In this document: piece after piece, positions 11,651-24,918 of the stretch
How the letters are laid out: every line of letters begins with the position of its first letter
Position numbering within the stretch: the stretch's first letter is position 1
Origin: Epiperipatus broadwayi
Taxonomy: Eukaryota; Animalia; Onychophora
Length of the DNA: 64,000 bases
Assembly: GCA_028023455.1 (NCBI GenBank)
Contig: JAQFVV010000011.1
Coordinates: 1,364,001 to 1,428,000, forward strand
Reading direction: 5' to 3'
The notes under the pieces: generated by a model
What the model saw: the letters and a program-made list of their open reading frames with translations, nothing else
Database searches by the model: none
Told to the model about the DNA's origin: nothing
Program-made: the position numbers and the translations under genes

Positions 11651-14642
11651 AATCTATAATTATTAAAATTTAGCTTTTAAAATATGTAAGAAAACGTAAT
11701 TTAATTAAAAACATAATATTTATTATTTTAAGAAATTGTTCATATTATTTTTTTTAAAACATAAATGTATCACTTTACTTGATATACATTAAAGAAAATA
11801 TATTTCGATTACTTTTGTTAGTAATTTATAGTATTAAAACAGCGAAAAGTGAAATGATTCGCCGTACGGGAAATATTTATTTAACGTTTATGTTTACCTT
11901 TTTTCCGCATGATATTTTAACAAATTAATAATATAAAGAGTTCGATGTTACAATATATTTTATTAAACCATCGTGATGATAATGATAGTTTATTGTTTGA
12001 CCATAGTCCTCTTATTTTCTTAGTTTTGGTTAACTAATTAAAAATCGGTAAAAAGTTTCGAATAGACTGAAATGAAACATATATGTCGGACAGCTTTCTT
12101 TAGTCATTTCCCTGCAAAATATAATTTCCAATTACGTATATTAATTAGACTATCGCACAAATTTGTAAACTTATTTTTAAAATTGCGCTGAATCGGGCAC
12201 AAATTAATTCATTTAAAGCCCGAGTACACTCTTATTTGGAATTCACTTTTCAAAATTGAAAATCATGATTTGATAAGAAATTTAACTAAATTCCATAATT
12301 TAAATATATTACTTTATTTCTTTTTAATATTATTTTTATCTCTCACGTAATTTTAATATATATATTTCATTACTATTGATAACAAGTAAAATACTTTGCA
12401 TGAATATTGGGGGACGGAGAGTCATTCAAATCTGCAGATGTGGATCAAACTATAGCAGTGGGAAATTAAGATAATGAACAAGTAATTTTGTTTGTATCAG
12501 TTTTTGCGGAAGATATTAATTTAATAATTAGTTCTTATTTGAGACATGACTGTTGCAAATATTTATTCTAAAATATGTTTGATAAATTTAATTTTTAAGT
12601 CTTTTATTTAAGCTATAAACTATTCACCGACGATAGATCCCCCCACTACTCCATAACAGTTGGATCAGTTTTTTTTTTTGTTGATGTTTGGATTGATTTT
12701 GTCATTTCTGTATTAGTAATCTATCGTCAGCGAAAGTTTATTTTTATTCTATTTGCTTATAACGACTGACATTGAACATATATTATAGTACCTTAGTGCC
12801 TACATAAAATTGGATATTTATAGACTGATATACAATACATGATATTAAATCGATTTAATAACTAACAAGGTCTGTTTTTAAAAAGATGATTAATAAATAG
12901 TTCTGCTTTTGTTTTACCCATAACGTCATTAAATGTCATGCAGTGAAATATTAGTGTTCCATCCAAAAGTTGTTCCAGTTACTTGAACTAATTTTTATTT
13001 TTTGTTTACATCTTTTAACTTTTCTATTATTTCCAAGATAGAAAGATTTACCCAATATTGCTCCTTAAACAGAAGTTTTTAAACTGCAAATTTAATTTCA
13101 TTATTTGACACCAACATTTTAGAACTTGCTACAGATAGCAGTTTTCTCGAAACTTTAATAGATACAATGCGAAGGAGAGGTGGAATGTCAAATACTACAG
13201 CCCTTTAGAGAAAGCATCAGCAACTAAAAAAAGTTTGTAAGAAGGAAACTGCGTAACTAAAATGAAGTATAGACTAAAAGCCATCAGTTTAGACTGAATA
13301 TGAGTTTGCTTTTAACTAATATTAAGGTGGAAAATTATGAACCACTGTGAACTTTAGATTTAATATGATAATCTATCTCATAGCATCTAGAAATTCTAAT
13401 AAAACTGCCTGTTGAATATTATGTAATGGACTCAATAAATGAACTCCAGGTAATAACTTGTAATCCAAATTACACAAAATATTCAAACTATTCGGCATGA
13501 CCATAAAAAAGATATTTGTTGTCTAGTTAAATAACCAACTGACTAATATTTTGTCAAAAATGATGTTTGACTATTAGAAAATGGGTAAGTTTATTATGGT
13601 CCAATTAACTGTCTTAATAAGCTATGATAGACAAAATAAAATAATATCAGGTAACATCAAGTAATAGGTGACTTCTTTGAATCAGCTAGGTACAGACTAT
13701 ACAGGAACTTGGACTTTATGCTGATTATATACTTTATAGCTGAGTCATGATTAGATCCAAACATTTATTTAAGATTTTTGATAGTAGGTGATATTACTTG
13801 CAATTCTGCAAGTAAATTCAACTTAAAATTCTTGGATCTCCAGGAGAGGGGGGGGTTGTTATATTCTCACAGAGGATCTGTAATATCTTTTAAAAAATGT
13901 TGAGATATTACAGTAGGTATTCTGATTATAATTATTTAAAATTTTATAGAATCATTCTACCAAAAATTTCATAGAAGTATATGTAATTATTTATTTCGGC
14001 TCCAAATTTGAAGCTCCTTGATGACAATTTTAAATAAATATTTGACACTTTTTGGGAATTTAAATTTTAAGCCCTAGTGCTCCTCTTACTTCAGTATAGG
14101 TGCATTTTAAAATAAAAATTGAAAAAGCCACGTAAAATAATAACATGAAAAGGAAGCCACTTTAGAAACCTTGATCTATGTGATTTGTTAGACTTTAAAT
14201 AATTAGAGAACCATAAGGTAAAATCTCAAAAAAAAACCCACACTTAACTAACTAATAATATTTAATTCTCATAAGAACAGGTTGCATACATATTGTAACC
14301 ATATCCGTACAAACCCTTTATTACCTCGGTTGTAACAATTTCCTGATGAGCATGTTGCAGGAAGGAAATATCGACTGGCTTTCCCCATTGAGATGTTACC
14401 CCCCCCTACAACAATATTTCCTGCTCATCAGAGGATGTAGCACCATAGAGACTGGAAGCATCTAGACATTTCTGTGTTTGGTTTTCCAAATGGCACCACT
14501 AGAGTTCCATCTCACTACAACCTGACTTACCTCGGTCTAGTTATGCCAGACATGGCTCAGGAGGCATGAAATTCTTGTGAACAAGTGCAATGAATGATAA
14601 GTGATGCAAAAAAAAAAATAGAACCGAACAACTGGATAACTA

Positions 14643-14945
14643 AAAGTTTCTTCATATCCATGTGACGATTCATTTTCAGTTCATTTATGAAAAGGTTAGA
14701 AGCACTTTATTGATCAATAGTTCATTTGCAAGTCCTTCTAATAAAGTTTCTTCGTATCCATGTGATGATTCATTTTCAGTTCATTTATGAAAAGGTTAGA
14801 AGCACTTTATTGATCAATAGTTCATTTGCAAGTCCTTCTAATAAAGTTCCTTCATATCCATGTGTCGATTCATTTTCAGTTCATTTATGAAAAGGTTAGA
14901 AGCACTTTATTGATCAATAGTTCATTTGCAAGTCCTAATAAAGTT
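14643..14945. repeat. Tandem repeat, 100-bp period, 3 copies
   Basis: aaagtt(t/c) unit starts at 14643, 14743 and 14843 with near-identical text. Confidence 0.95.
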
Positions 14946-15079
14946 CATCCTTCATTTCAAATGAAGGCTCATTTTAATTTATCTTGGGTAAAGAATTCAA
15001 AGGGTCTTTTATCAAGTAGACGTCTACCAATACTGCATGAATATTTTTAACTATTTGTTCCATATCTGTATATCCCTTT

Positions 15080-15790
15080 TAGGTAGGTAAATAGGTAAGA
15101 TGAGCAATTCCAGATTTGTGAAGCTTCTATAATTCAGTCAAGTATGGATGTGTATTTATACACATAAGTCTCATTATTTTACTCATCCACAACCGATATG
15201 CATGTAAGCATTTGTAATTCATATAGTACTTCATTATTTTTAAATTTATCATGGGTAGGTAAACAGGTAATGTAAGCAATTCCGGGTTTGCGGACTATTC
15301 ATAATCCAGTCTAGTATAAATGTGCATTTATGTGCATAAGTTTCATTATTTTATTCATATATAATCTATGCATGTAAGCATTTGTAATTCATTATTTAGT
15401 TATTCTAATATATAGCATAAATATTGTTTGGTCTGCCACCGATGTATGTTTTTACATAAGTTGATCAGCAGTTTCATTTATAATTTAGCCAGTCATAGTT
15501 ATATGTAATATTCATATACAATCAATATGCATGTAAGCATTTGTAATTTTTATTTAGTTATTCTAATATATAGCATAAATATTGTTGTTTGGTCTGCCAC
15601 AGATGTATGTTTATACATATAAGTTGATCAGCAGTTTCATTTATAATTTACCTTATTAAAACTGCCTTTTGATTATAGATATTTAAGACATTTAATATTT
15701 ATATTTTATCACTAATTATATAAGTATTGAATAAAATGCCTTTTGATTATAGATATTTAAGACATTTAGTATTTATAATTTATCACTAAT
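15080..15790. repeat. Series of adjacent two-copy tandem duplications (about 170, 160 and 75 bp)
   Basis: ggtaggtaaa.. at 15081/15253; tatttagttattctaat.. at about 15392/15551; tgcc(t)ttttgattatagat.. at about 15663/15737. Confidence 0.85.
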
Positions 15791-16819
15791 AAAACATTTT
15801 CACATAGCTATATTTATTCATAATTTTCTTTAAGAAAGATGTTTTGTTTTGTTTTTTATAAACACATATAAGTATTGAATATTTTATGAAATTGTTACCT
15901 TTATTTTATCCAGTCTGTTCCTTCATCTCATGCTACTACTGCATTCAAAAAGGGGTCTTCCATTTAAGTTGAATGACATTATTTGCTTTCCATGACGTTC
16001 AACCAGGCAAATCTTGGAGAACCATGGCTTTGGACGAAGAGAGGAAGCTGTTACTGATTAGCCTTCCATCATTATGATTTCCTTATTAATATTTTCTTTT
16101 TTCATCACTAACAGTGGCTGTAAATATTATATTCCAAGGTGACGAAAATCAGCTGTCAACTAAATAGTTAAGTAACACTTAGACAAAAAATTTAACGTTT
16201 TTTAACTCTTTCACTTTTTTTACTTTTCTTTTAAAATCTAAAATAAAATCTTTAAATCTCCTCCTCTGAACTTCAAACTCAACTATTTATACTCTGATCT
16301 CTGGATTGATTAAGCTGCCCACTGTATCTGATTTGTTACACAGCTTTCATTTAAGCCCATGTGCTTATCTCTTCTTAAAGATTGGACACTACTTTTCATG
16401 GGACAGATAAGGAATCATGAGGATTAAGCCATGTTTTTCATTTTGATAAGACTGCCTCAAGCAATTATTACACTTTGTATGACAACATTGTTTCAAAAAT
16501 TAAAAATGTAATATTTTAAAAAATGCCAGCTTTAAATAAATACTAATGATGTGTTTATATCATAATCTAAAATTATAAAATCAATAATGAAGGTTTATCT
16601 TTTTTTCTCAGTTATAGAAAATAATTATTTTCTTGTAAATTCATAAACCTTTTGCTTTATTTTTTTAAAAAAAATATAAGATCAACTTCTTTTTTATACA
16701 TCTGCCATTTTTTTAGGTGGGAGGATAAAATAGCTCTTATAATACATACACACGTGAAACAGAGTTTCTGTTTCAATATACATTTGACATGTATTAAAGT
16801 TAATAGGTATTTCAACTAT

Positions 16820-17470
16820 AGGAAAATATAACATGATTTATCACATGACTAGCTTATATATATTGATGTTTTAGCAGTATATATCTGTCTTTTACCATCT
16901 CTGTGCCACTTTCTGTAAGTTTTAATAAGTAATAGATGATAATACATACAAAAACCCTATTCTATGCTGACCATCTAACATTCTCAGAGTAGCTTCAAGT
17001 CTATGACTTTCATCAGTAAGAAACTGTATTTTAAAACAATTACTTTAGATCTTTAGGTTTCTGTGACCATCATCTATCTCTCTGCTATATTCTATATGAC
17101 TATTGTCAACTGTTATAAGTTTTTCAGTTTGAACTGATACCTTGATAATATGACAGATACATTATGACTGATAAAAAGAAAGTGCATTAGATCCTAAAAG
17201 TCCAGGTGGACTGGTCTAAAATCCAAAACTCCTCGCTTATGAAATCCATAACCTTAAAACTAATATGAGAATGTTGGATAGAACATGACAGGCATTTATT
17301 AAACACAATCAACTGGCATCTATCATTTACTAAAACTTGCCATAGAATGATAGAGGCGATGAAAGAAAAATGTATGCTGGTATGACAATAATTCATATAA
17401 GGAGTCTAGAATCATTTGATATGTTATTGGTCTATGCTAAATCCTGGTCACATACCAGATGTGACTGTAG
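16820..17470. mobile_element. Older subfamily of the hammerhead retroelement, inverted pair
   Basis: 17181-17340 (gtgcattagatcctaa..ctcctcg cttatga..tgagaatgttggat..ctggcatct) aligns with the family consensus; the minus arm carries UUCUUA CUGAUGA AAGUC AUA GACUU GAAG CUACUC UGAGAA (16981-17022). Confidence 0.7.
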
Positions 17471-17479
17471 TGTTTTCCT

Positions 17480-17780
17480 GAAGGTTTATGATGATGATGT
17501 TCTAGTTGTATTTTTATATTGGACTATTTCTATCATTTAATATATGTATTGAATGTTTTTAGAAAAATGTAACTTTATTTTAAATATTCCAAATACATTC
17601 AACTGTTAGTAATAGCACATCAAACAGGTTAGTAGTATATGCACAATGTTACAAGTGGTTATTATTCTCCCCTATTCTTCAGATGTTGCTAGCCTGACCA
17701 GTGATAGTACTATCATGGGATTCAAACCCGGACCTTAGATTCTTGAGTATTGAATGCTCTAACCAACTGAGCCATCCTGC
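17480..17780 (-). mobile_element. tRNA-derived SINE
   Basis: Minus head GGATGGCTCAGTTGGTTAGAGC...GGTTTGAATCCCA has A and B boxes; inverted twin at 17890-18160; the tail recurs at about 58170-58290. Confidence 0.8.
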
Positions 17781-17889
17781 CAAAGGAAATAGTCTGTAGA
17801 AATTTCATATATGTATCTATGAGGTTCCTCCTGATTTCTCCACTTTTTCCTAAGTGCACAGTTGATTAGTGTTTTCCATACATTATGTA

Positions 17890-18160
17890 TAGTCACACTA
17901 GGTTGGCTTAAAATTCAATACTCAAGAATCTAAGGGTGAGGTTTGAATCCCATGCTAGTACCATCACTGGTCAGGCCAGCAACACTTGAAGTAGAGGGAG
18001 AATAATACCCTCAAAACATTGTGCATATACTAACCTGTTTGATGTGCTATTAGTAACAGTTGAATGTATTTAGAGTATTTAAATTAAAATTAAGTTTTTC
18101 TAAAGACATTCAATACACATAATAAATGATGGAAATAATCCAATATAAAAATGCAACTAG
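17890..18160 (+). mobile_element. tRNA-derived SINE (inverted partner of 17480-17780)
   Basis: B box ggtttgaatccca at about 17940; body is the reverse complement of the upstream copy. Confidence 0.8.
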
Positions 18161-18309
18161 AGATGCCTGTAGTTGTTAAAAAGCAAAGGAAACTGTAATA
18201 TACAGAAAAATGAACTGGTATCAAATATTTATCAACATACAAGCAAATTAGCTAGGATTGCAAACATATGTTTTTTCAGTTTGGGCTGATAGCTTGGTAG
18301 TATAATAGA

Positions 18310-18560
18310 AATAAAACTTGTCTGCCAGAGAGAGGATTCATTAGATTCTAAATGTTCATGTGCACTGTTCTAAAATTCAAAGTTCATCATTGATGGAAGT
18401 CGTAAGTTTGAACCCTGTCTGGGATATTGGCTAGGGCAACACAATATGGATTTATTATGCAATATCATCTAGCATCTATTATTTACTAAAGCTTCAGTAG
18501 GCAGCATAAAAGTGGTGAAAGAAAAATGTATACTGCTAGAATATAATACTTTTTCATGTA
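18310..18560 (+). mobile_element. Older hammerhead retroelement copy (degenerate core)
   Basis: cattagattctaa..ttcatca TTGATGG AAGTC GTA AGTTT GAAC CCTGTC TGGGATATTGG aligns to the family. Confidence 0.65.
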
Positions 18561-19199
18561 AAATACCTTTATTTTATGATTAAAATCTTTAGAATATTTC
18601 TAGGATATCAATTTCTTTTGATTGATTCTTTACATGAAAGCTAGTTCAAAGGTAAAATGGTTTACTTCTGCAATATTATTACTACATTTTAATGACTATT
18701 ATTAATAATAGCATGCATTGGTAATTGAATGAATAGTGGCTGTTGATGACTGAATGACTTGGGATTTTTTTTAATATTTTTTTTTAAGTAATTGAATCTA
18801 TTTGTCCAACAATAACATATAATAGTTATATACATTTAGTGCTAATTTTTGGTAGATTTCTTATTGATAATGTCCTCTTGAAGTGTTTGCAACTAGAGGG
18901 TCACTACTATTACAGATCTATGTAGCTTTTATTACTTTTTCAGAACTTCACAGTGGTAATTAACTTTCATATTATTACACCTGATAATACATAAACCATA
19001 TTTATATGTGTACATACTCCGAAGTAAATTTCCTAGTCTAAGCAATATTTAATAGTAAACAATAACACATTAAATTTATTGATTTCACCATTATTCCATA
19101 AAAATATTTGAAATTATTAAAAACAGCACTGGAAAACCTTACAAGTAATATTTTCTTTATTAACTAAAATATCTTTATGTAAAGGCAGAAAGAGAACCA

Positions 19200-20480
19200 G
19201 GGAAATGCTTATACTTTACATCCAGAAGATTTTTTGCACCCAATTGGTCTATGGAATCATCACAGTCAGTTTTATGATGTTAGAATTTATTAGGTTGAAA
19301 TATTTATGTTGATATTGAGTTTTTTCCAATGTTCTATTCCTCGGAATTGTTAAAATGAGTCTTCACATTGTTAATCAAAATTTAATTTATTTGATGGATT
19401 AAGACTTTTCCTTATCTGTCCATTTATGGAGCAATTCAGTAATTAAATACATTTAACAAAAGACCACCAAGAGCACTGCTATTTTTTAAAAAATGTTTAA
19501 ATTCTATACAGAAATGAGATCATAATAAAAAATATGCACAGTAATATGGATATAATATAAAAAATAGAATATCAGCAAATTTCTAATGTCTATACATTCT
19601 TGTCATTGCAGTTGTTATTACTATAAGATTAGTACATATAGTTTTCAAAATGGATGGGCTGCTCACTAACATGCATTAGCTAATGTTGTGTGTTTGCTGG
19701 CTTCTTACCTCTGAGTTTAAGATCAAGAAACGCCATAGACTAGTTTCCTGATAGCTCTTAACTGAAATTTCAGTTGAGGTGATGTGGAGAAGAGAGGCTA
19801 GAGATCAGAGAAAGATGGATTGAACTTGAAGAAACCTTCTGTCTGTGGTAGATCAATAATGGGCAAAAATGATGATGATGGTATCAGCACATTATAAAAA
19901 AGGAAATTAATTGAGCAGTACCAAAAAGCACTAAGCTTATCACTAAACCAGTATAAAAGAGATCATAATCTTATATAAATAAACAATAAATTTCATTTCC
20001 TTCAAATGAAGATTAAATACTTCTATTACTAAAAATAACAATTCTCTTCATATTAGCTGCTAAAATTTGTATAACTAGTATTTAATGCTACCATTTTAAC
20101 CATCAATTTAAACTATTTTTTTTATCCTTTCCAAACTATTAGTAATTTTAGCAGTCTACCTTTGCCTAGAAAATTAGGATCTATGGCACTCAATTAACTC
20201 TGTGTGCATGATCAAGTTAAAATATTTGTTGATTTATTATCAACAGACTGTGTAGACCCATTCAGACTGATATAGAATCTCTTTCACTGGGTCCACATTC
20301 TTCAGTTTTCTATTGACAGTAACCTGATAGTCACTACATAAATGAATATTGCCATTAGCTTTAGTGATAACTATTAATATACCCAACTGTAAATTTTTCT
20401 CAATGTAATAAGTCTCTTTTTAATCAGCTCATAAAAAATATCCCCAATTTTTGCATGAGTGGGTTTTTATTGGGTTTATA
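19200..20480 (-). mobile_element. Gypsy (K02A2.6/Mag-like) pol relic interrupted by an RTE 3' tail (about 19780-19880)
   Basis: Minus-strand IVITKANGNIHLCSDYQVTVNRKL (RT, cf. [23 protein letters not shown]) at about 20300-20380; RNase H-like remnant at about 19250-19290. Confidence 0.6.
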
Positions 20481-20695
20481 TGGAATTGAATAGCATTATC
20501 CTATGACTTTATTTATGATAAATAATATTTAGTTCAGGTTTAAATAACTAGCATGAAGTTAATTTATTATAATACTTTTGATCAAATTTAGAACAGTATC
20601 AATTGCAATATTGTGTAAAAATTGTTTAACTTAATTGACATCCTGATTCACCCGCAGATTTGAATTTCATTTCTATTGATATCTTGGGACAATAG

Positions 20696-21310
20696 GTATT
20701 CACAGCGGCTAAAATCTCCATACAGTCACACCACTCAGTGCAAGCCAGAGTGTTCAATGGATCCATTGATTACTCTGACTTGCACTGAGTCATGCTACTA
20801 AATAGAGATTTTAGCCTCTGTGTAAACAGCTTGTGTAAGCATAAAGGATGGAGATCATGTGATGTTTAGTGGTTTAATACTAATTTTTCCCAATAGGATT
20901 ATGGTGACCATGGTTATTAAAGAATCAAAGATACCAAAAACTATGGATACTGAACTAAGTTCAGATTTATATGACTATACAAGCTAATAAGCTTGAATTA
21001 AAAACATTATTGTGTTTTCATTTTGGAATCAAAATTTTATAATTAGCTAATAATGTAAAAGGTAGCTTCTGGAAGGTTGCATTAGATCCTAAGATCTAGG
21101 TGCAGTGCTCCCAGATCCTGATGAAAGCCATAAGTTAGAAATTAGTCTGGGGTTATTGGATGTAGGCACTAGATAAGGATTTTATGCATAAACCTTCCTG
21201 CATCATTGATTACTCTGGATTGCACTGAGTGGTGCTACTGTATGGAAATTTTAGCATCTGTGTAAAAAGTTTGTGTAAGCGGAAAGAATGGTGATCATGT
21301 GACATTTAGT
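20696..21310 (+). mobile_element. Hammerhead retroelement, more than one tandem monomer plus short inverted arm
   Basis: TSD ggacaatag at 20687-20695 and 21311-21319; cattgattactctg recurs at 20764 and 21204 (period 440); degenerate hammerhead at 21118-21152. Confidence 0.9.
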
Positions 21311-23658
21311 GGACAATAGATTTGCATTGTTTTCCTAACTTTTCTTTACTCGTCTGTATTACAATTTTTTAGTCATGAGAGAGATTTTGAGATCAATGTC
21401 TATTTCAACCATAAAATAAGCCTTTCATAATTATGTCATCAAAGGTCTAACATTGAGATAGCCAATAGGTGCTGATATAGGTGATTATCATAGCTATCTA
21501 TCAAAGATAGTTCAAGCATATATTAGATAAGCTGGCTTAATATTTAAATCACAGATTAAAGATTAATTTAAGAGCTCTGCAGCTTTGAACACTATTACCA
21601 ATCTTCTGCAGGTTGGTCTTAGAAGCAATTGAAGGTAGGCATAATGACACTCTTCTCTGGATAAGTTGCTTGGTGATGGTGTCTTCTTTCAACAGCAGGC
21701 TGTGGCTAGAAACTTTCCATCCTGGTGATGATGGTCACAAGCTATTGCAGCATGTAGGATAGGGTTTGAGATGACATTCCTGCAGTAAAAACAGTAAATC
21801 TTAAGCTACAGAGTAGGTTCCAATGCAATGCTCCTTTTAACAAATTAACAATTAAGATATTTTCTTGTAGTAATATAACTGCTTTAATTAGTTATTGGTG
21901 TATGGAAGTGTTATTCTGCCAAATTTATTGTACAAAAGTGAGACTTCCTTACAGACACATCATAAAAGAAGAGGTTTTAAAATATTTCAGTTTAGGAGTC
22001 TCCATAATACTTGGAAAATATATCAGAATAATTATTCAAAATGTTGCTCATCTAGATGAGTTTGATTAGATTGCATTCATTATTGCAAAACAAATGGTAT
22101 AAGATTTCCTAAAAAAGGAAATTTTATGGCAAACTTGCATGAGAAAGATGCATATTTATTTTATAAAATTTAACTCAAAGATACTCCAATCAGGTACAAT
22201 ATTGATTGCTTTTATTTATATGATATGGTTGATTTAACTAAATATTTAAAATTTATAGTATTAAAACAAAGCTTGATTAAATACAAATCTTTTTCTATTT
22301 TTATTAATTAAAATTTTTGAAAAAAATCCAATTTCTTTTTAAGCTTTGTTCCAGATTTGAAAATGTCCGTTAAAAATTTTTAAAAGTTAAGGTAACTAAG
22401 TATCACTAATAAACATGTGGGTTTGCCTAATTAAAGAATTGTGTAAACAGGCACACTGGTTTAATTAAAGAATTTTGTAAACATAAAGAATTAAAATAAT
22501 TACTGGCATATTTAATTTGGAAAATTTGAAAACAGGGGTTATTAAAGTAATTGCTAGCTTGTTTAATTAATGAATTGTGTAACCAAGTAAGCTTGTTAAT
22601 TAAAGAAAAAATGTGTTTTGCAAAGCAGAGAGATATAAAAAGAACTCAGAAAATGATTTTATTCATATTTCATTCTAATCATATATGTATACTGTAACAG
22701 TCCATGTAATTCTTCCAGATCAGGAAAAAGAAAAAGTCACATCTAACTATGGTTGGACTTTAGGTAGAATGCTGGTGATAATGCAATGAAATGTATAACC
22801 AATGATTGCATCTATATTTGACTGGCTCTATACCTTTAATAATATGAGATACAATTTAGGTTAGTTCATTCACCTCTTGCCCCTTTTGGTACCGTTATGC
22901 CCTGATATTCGAATCCAGGGAGAATTTGCCTTTGACTCTCTTAAAAGATATGAACAGCACTTTTGTATAAGTTACAATTAGCATTATTAATACTTAATTT
23001 ATTATAAAACTTATAGATGTGTGTGTGCATATTATGATTAATAGTTGACTGCAGAATGTAATGATAACTCAATAAATCAGAAACCGGAATAATGTAAACT
23101 ATTTAACATTTATTAACAATGATAAAATAAATTAAAATTAAATATTTTAACAATTATAAAAAAAATAATATATATATATATACATGTATCAAATATGGAT
23201 CTCTACCATTCTCTCAGTTAATAGTTTTATAGTTCCATCCCCTTTACCCAATGGTAGAAATCCATTATGGTACTCATTACTTACAAAATCATGAAAGATA
23301 CAAAAAAATAAAATGAAACATTAATGGTTTAAAAAGATATGCGAATAAGTTGTTTATATATCACTCACTAAGCGTACAAATATTCATGTATCATAACACG
23401 AAATCTTAATCATTAAACTAATAAATATTCCATTTAAAATAACAGCAAATAATTGAAATGTTAAATGCGTCTATTAACATATACATACACATATTCTGTT
23501 TTAACCATATACAACTCATATTTAACAATATTTTAATTATTAAAATTTAATTTAACCTTTAAATTAAATTATTTTTAAAATCTAATTATGCATATTGCAT
23601 ATATGTTGAATCTATTCATAATCTGATTTTCACTTATTACAAAAAACATTGTGTATTT

Positions 23659-23761
23659 TTTTCCCCCATGTGTCATAACATCGGCCAGGAAGTGAAACTG
23701 CTAATCCGGGGCAACTGCTTGTAAAGCAGGTGTGCTAACCTCTTGACCACCAACGCTTGAC
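23659..23761 (-). pseudogene. tRNA-Val(TAC)-like retrocopy or mini-SINE
   Basis: Minus GCGTTGGTGGTCAAGAGGTTAGCACACCTGC-TTTACAA-GCAG..; T arm disrupted; 13-bp TSD acattgtgtattt at 23646-23658 and 23762-23774. Confidence 0.75.
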
Positions 23762-23999
23762 ACATTGTGTATTTCTCTACATCTATAAATAACAAGGGAA
23801 AAAAAGGAGGGGGAACAATAATCAGTAACAAATATGTGATGGATTTAATGTTCACACCATCTTGCACTTAGAGCACCACAACATAGACTCAACAGAACTC
23901 CAAATGGAAATAACAAGATAGTTAGAACAACAGTGTAAACAGAGTAGGTTTGGGTTGATACCACTGTATACATTAGAATTAATAAATTATTATTGAAAC

Positions 24000-24790
24000 T
24001 AAAATAAAGTTTTGTTATTTTCCAGCAATCTTTTTTATTGCTTTTAGAATTTAAATATCTTTTATACCTAAGTTTTCTAAGTGATCTTTTTTTATTGCTT
24101 ATAAAACTTACTATTTTTAAGTTTCCATTATTATTTTTTCTCTGGAGTACACAATTAGCTTTATAACTTATCCATATGGTTACTAAAACAATATATACAT
24201 ATTTTTTACAAAATATAATATCTCTCCCCACTCCATCAGAGAAAATCCCATTTACTTTACTAAATGTAATCATGAAATCTATTCAGTCTACGCTTTTTTC
24301 CAAATAGGTCTGGGCGATTTTTTTTCTATCACTGCTGCTTCCACTTCTTTCTGTTCTGAAGACATTTGCAAGCTTTCATTTTCATCAGATTCTTTTTCTT
24401 TAGGGTTGCACATTTTCTTTTCATTTACTGCATTTATACATCTAGGCCCAACCATATCTGGGCTTTCTTGTTCTCTACTGAGGTTTTTCTGGTGTATTTT
24501 TATGACATAATTTCACCCTTAATCATAGCTACTTAATTCAACAGAATCTTTTCAACTCTCCCTTTGATCCAAGTTTGCTGCTCTGATTGTGAATTCTGCA
24601 TTATCAAATTTTCCTTTTGTCTCTGTTTCTCTCTTTTTTTTGTGTGTGTCCATGGCCATAGCTTGGCCTTACTGACCATAGGCTTTGCATTTCCCACTGG
24701 TACACTTGACACTTTATTCACAGTGTTCACCTTTACAGTTATGCCTAATTTTTGAAACCAGTTCTGCCCTATTAATGGACTGATTTTTTT
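24000..24790 (-). mobile_element. Gypsy 3' fragment (integrase tail, PPT, partial LTR); duplicate of 29370-30050
   Basis: QQTWIKGRVEKILLN peptide; PPT ggagtggggagaga at 24221-24234; high similarity to 29370-30045. Confidence 0.85.
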
Positions 24791-24835
24791 ATTCATTATT
24801 ATTATAAATTTATTTAATGCACATTGATTACGTAA

Positions 24836-24918
24836 GTAATATTTACTAAGGCAATAAACCTCAAGCTATGTGCACTTGAAAATGCAAAGGTAGGGGTATA
24901 TTGCCTTAGTAAATATTA
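24836..24918. mobile_element. Mini inverted-repeat element
   Basis: aatatttactaaggcaata ... tattgccttagtaaatatt form 19-bp inverted ends. Confidence 0.6.

Noticed and set aside
14345-14375. CUGAUGA-GCA-UGU-UGC hammerhead-like start
   Set aside because: It is followed by AGGAAGGAAA rather than GAAA and has no stem III/NUH geometry.
14520-14540. Minus-strand donor-like AG|GTAAGT as a possible upstream BAP18 UTR exon
   Set aside because: There is no convincing acceptor before the ATG exon and no supporting evidence.
17190-17290. Apparent VDWSK/LAYE peptide suggesting a GIY-YIG tail
   Set aside because: Nucleotide alignment shows it is an old copy of the non-coding hammerhead element.
21722-21750. 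UGAUGA-UGGU-CACAA-GCUA, resembling the family's stem II
   Set aside because: It lacks C3 and the GAAAC..GUC half; at most a decayed remnant.
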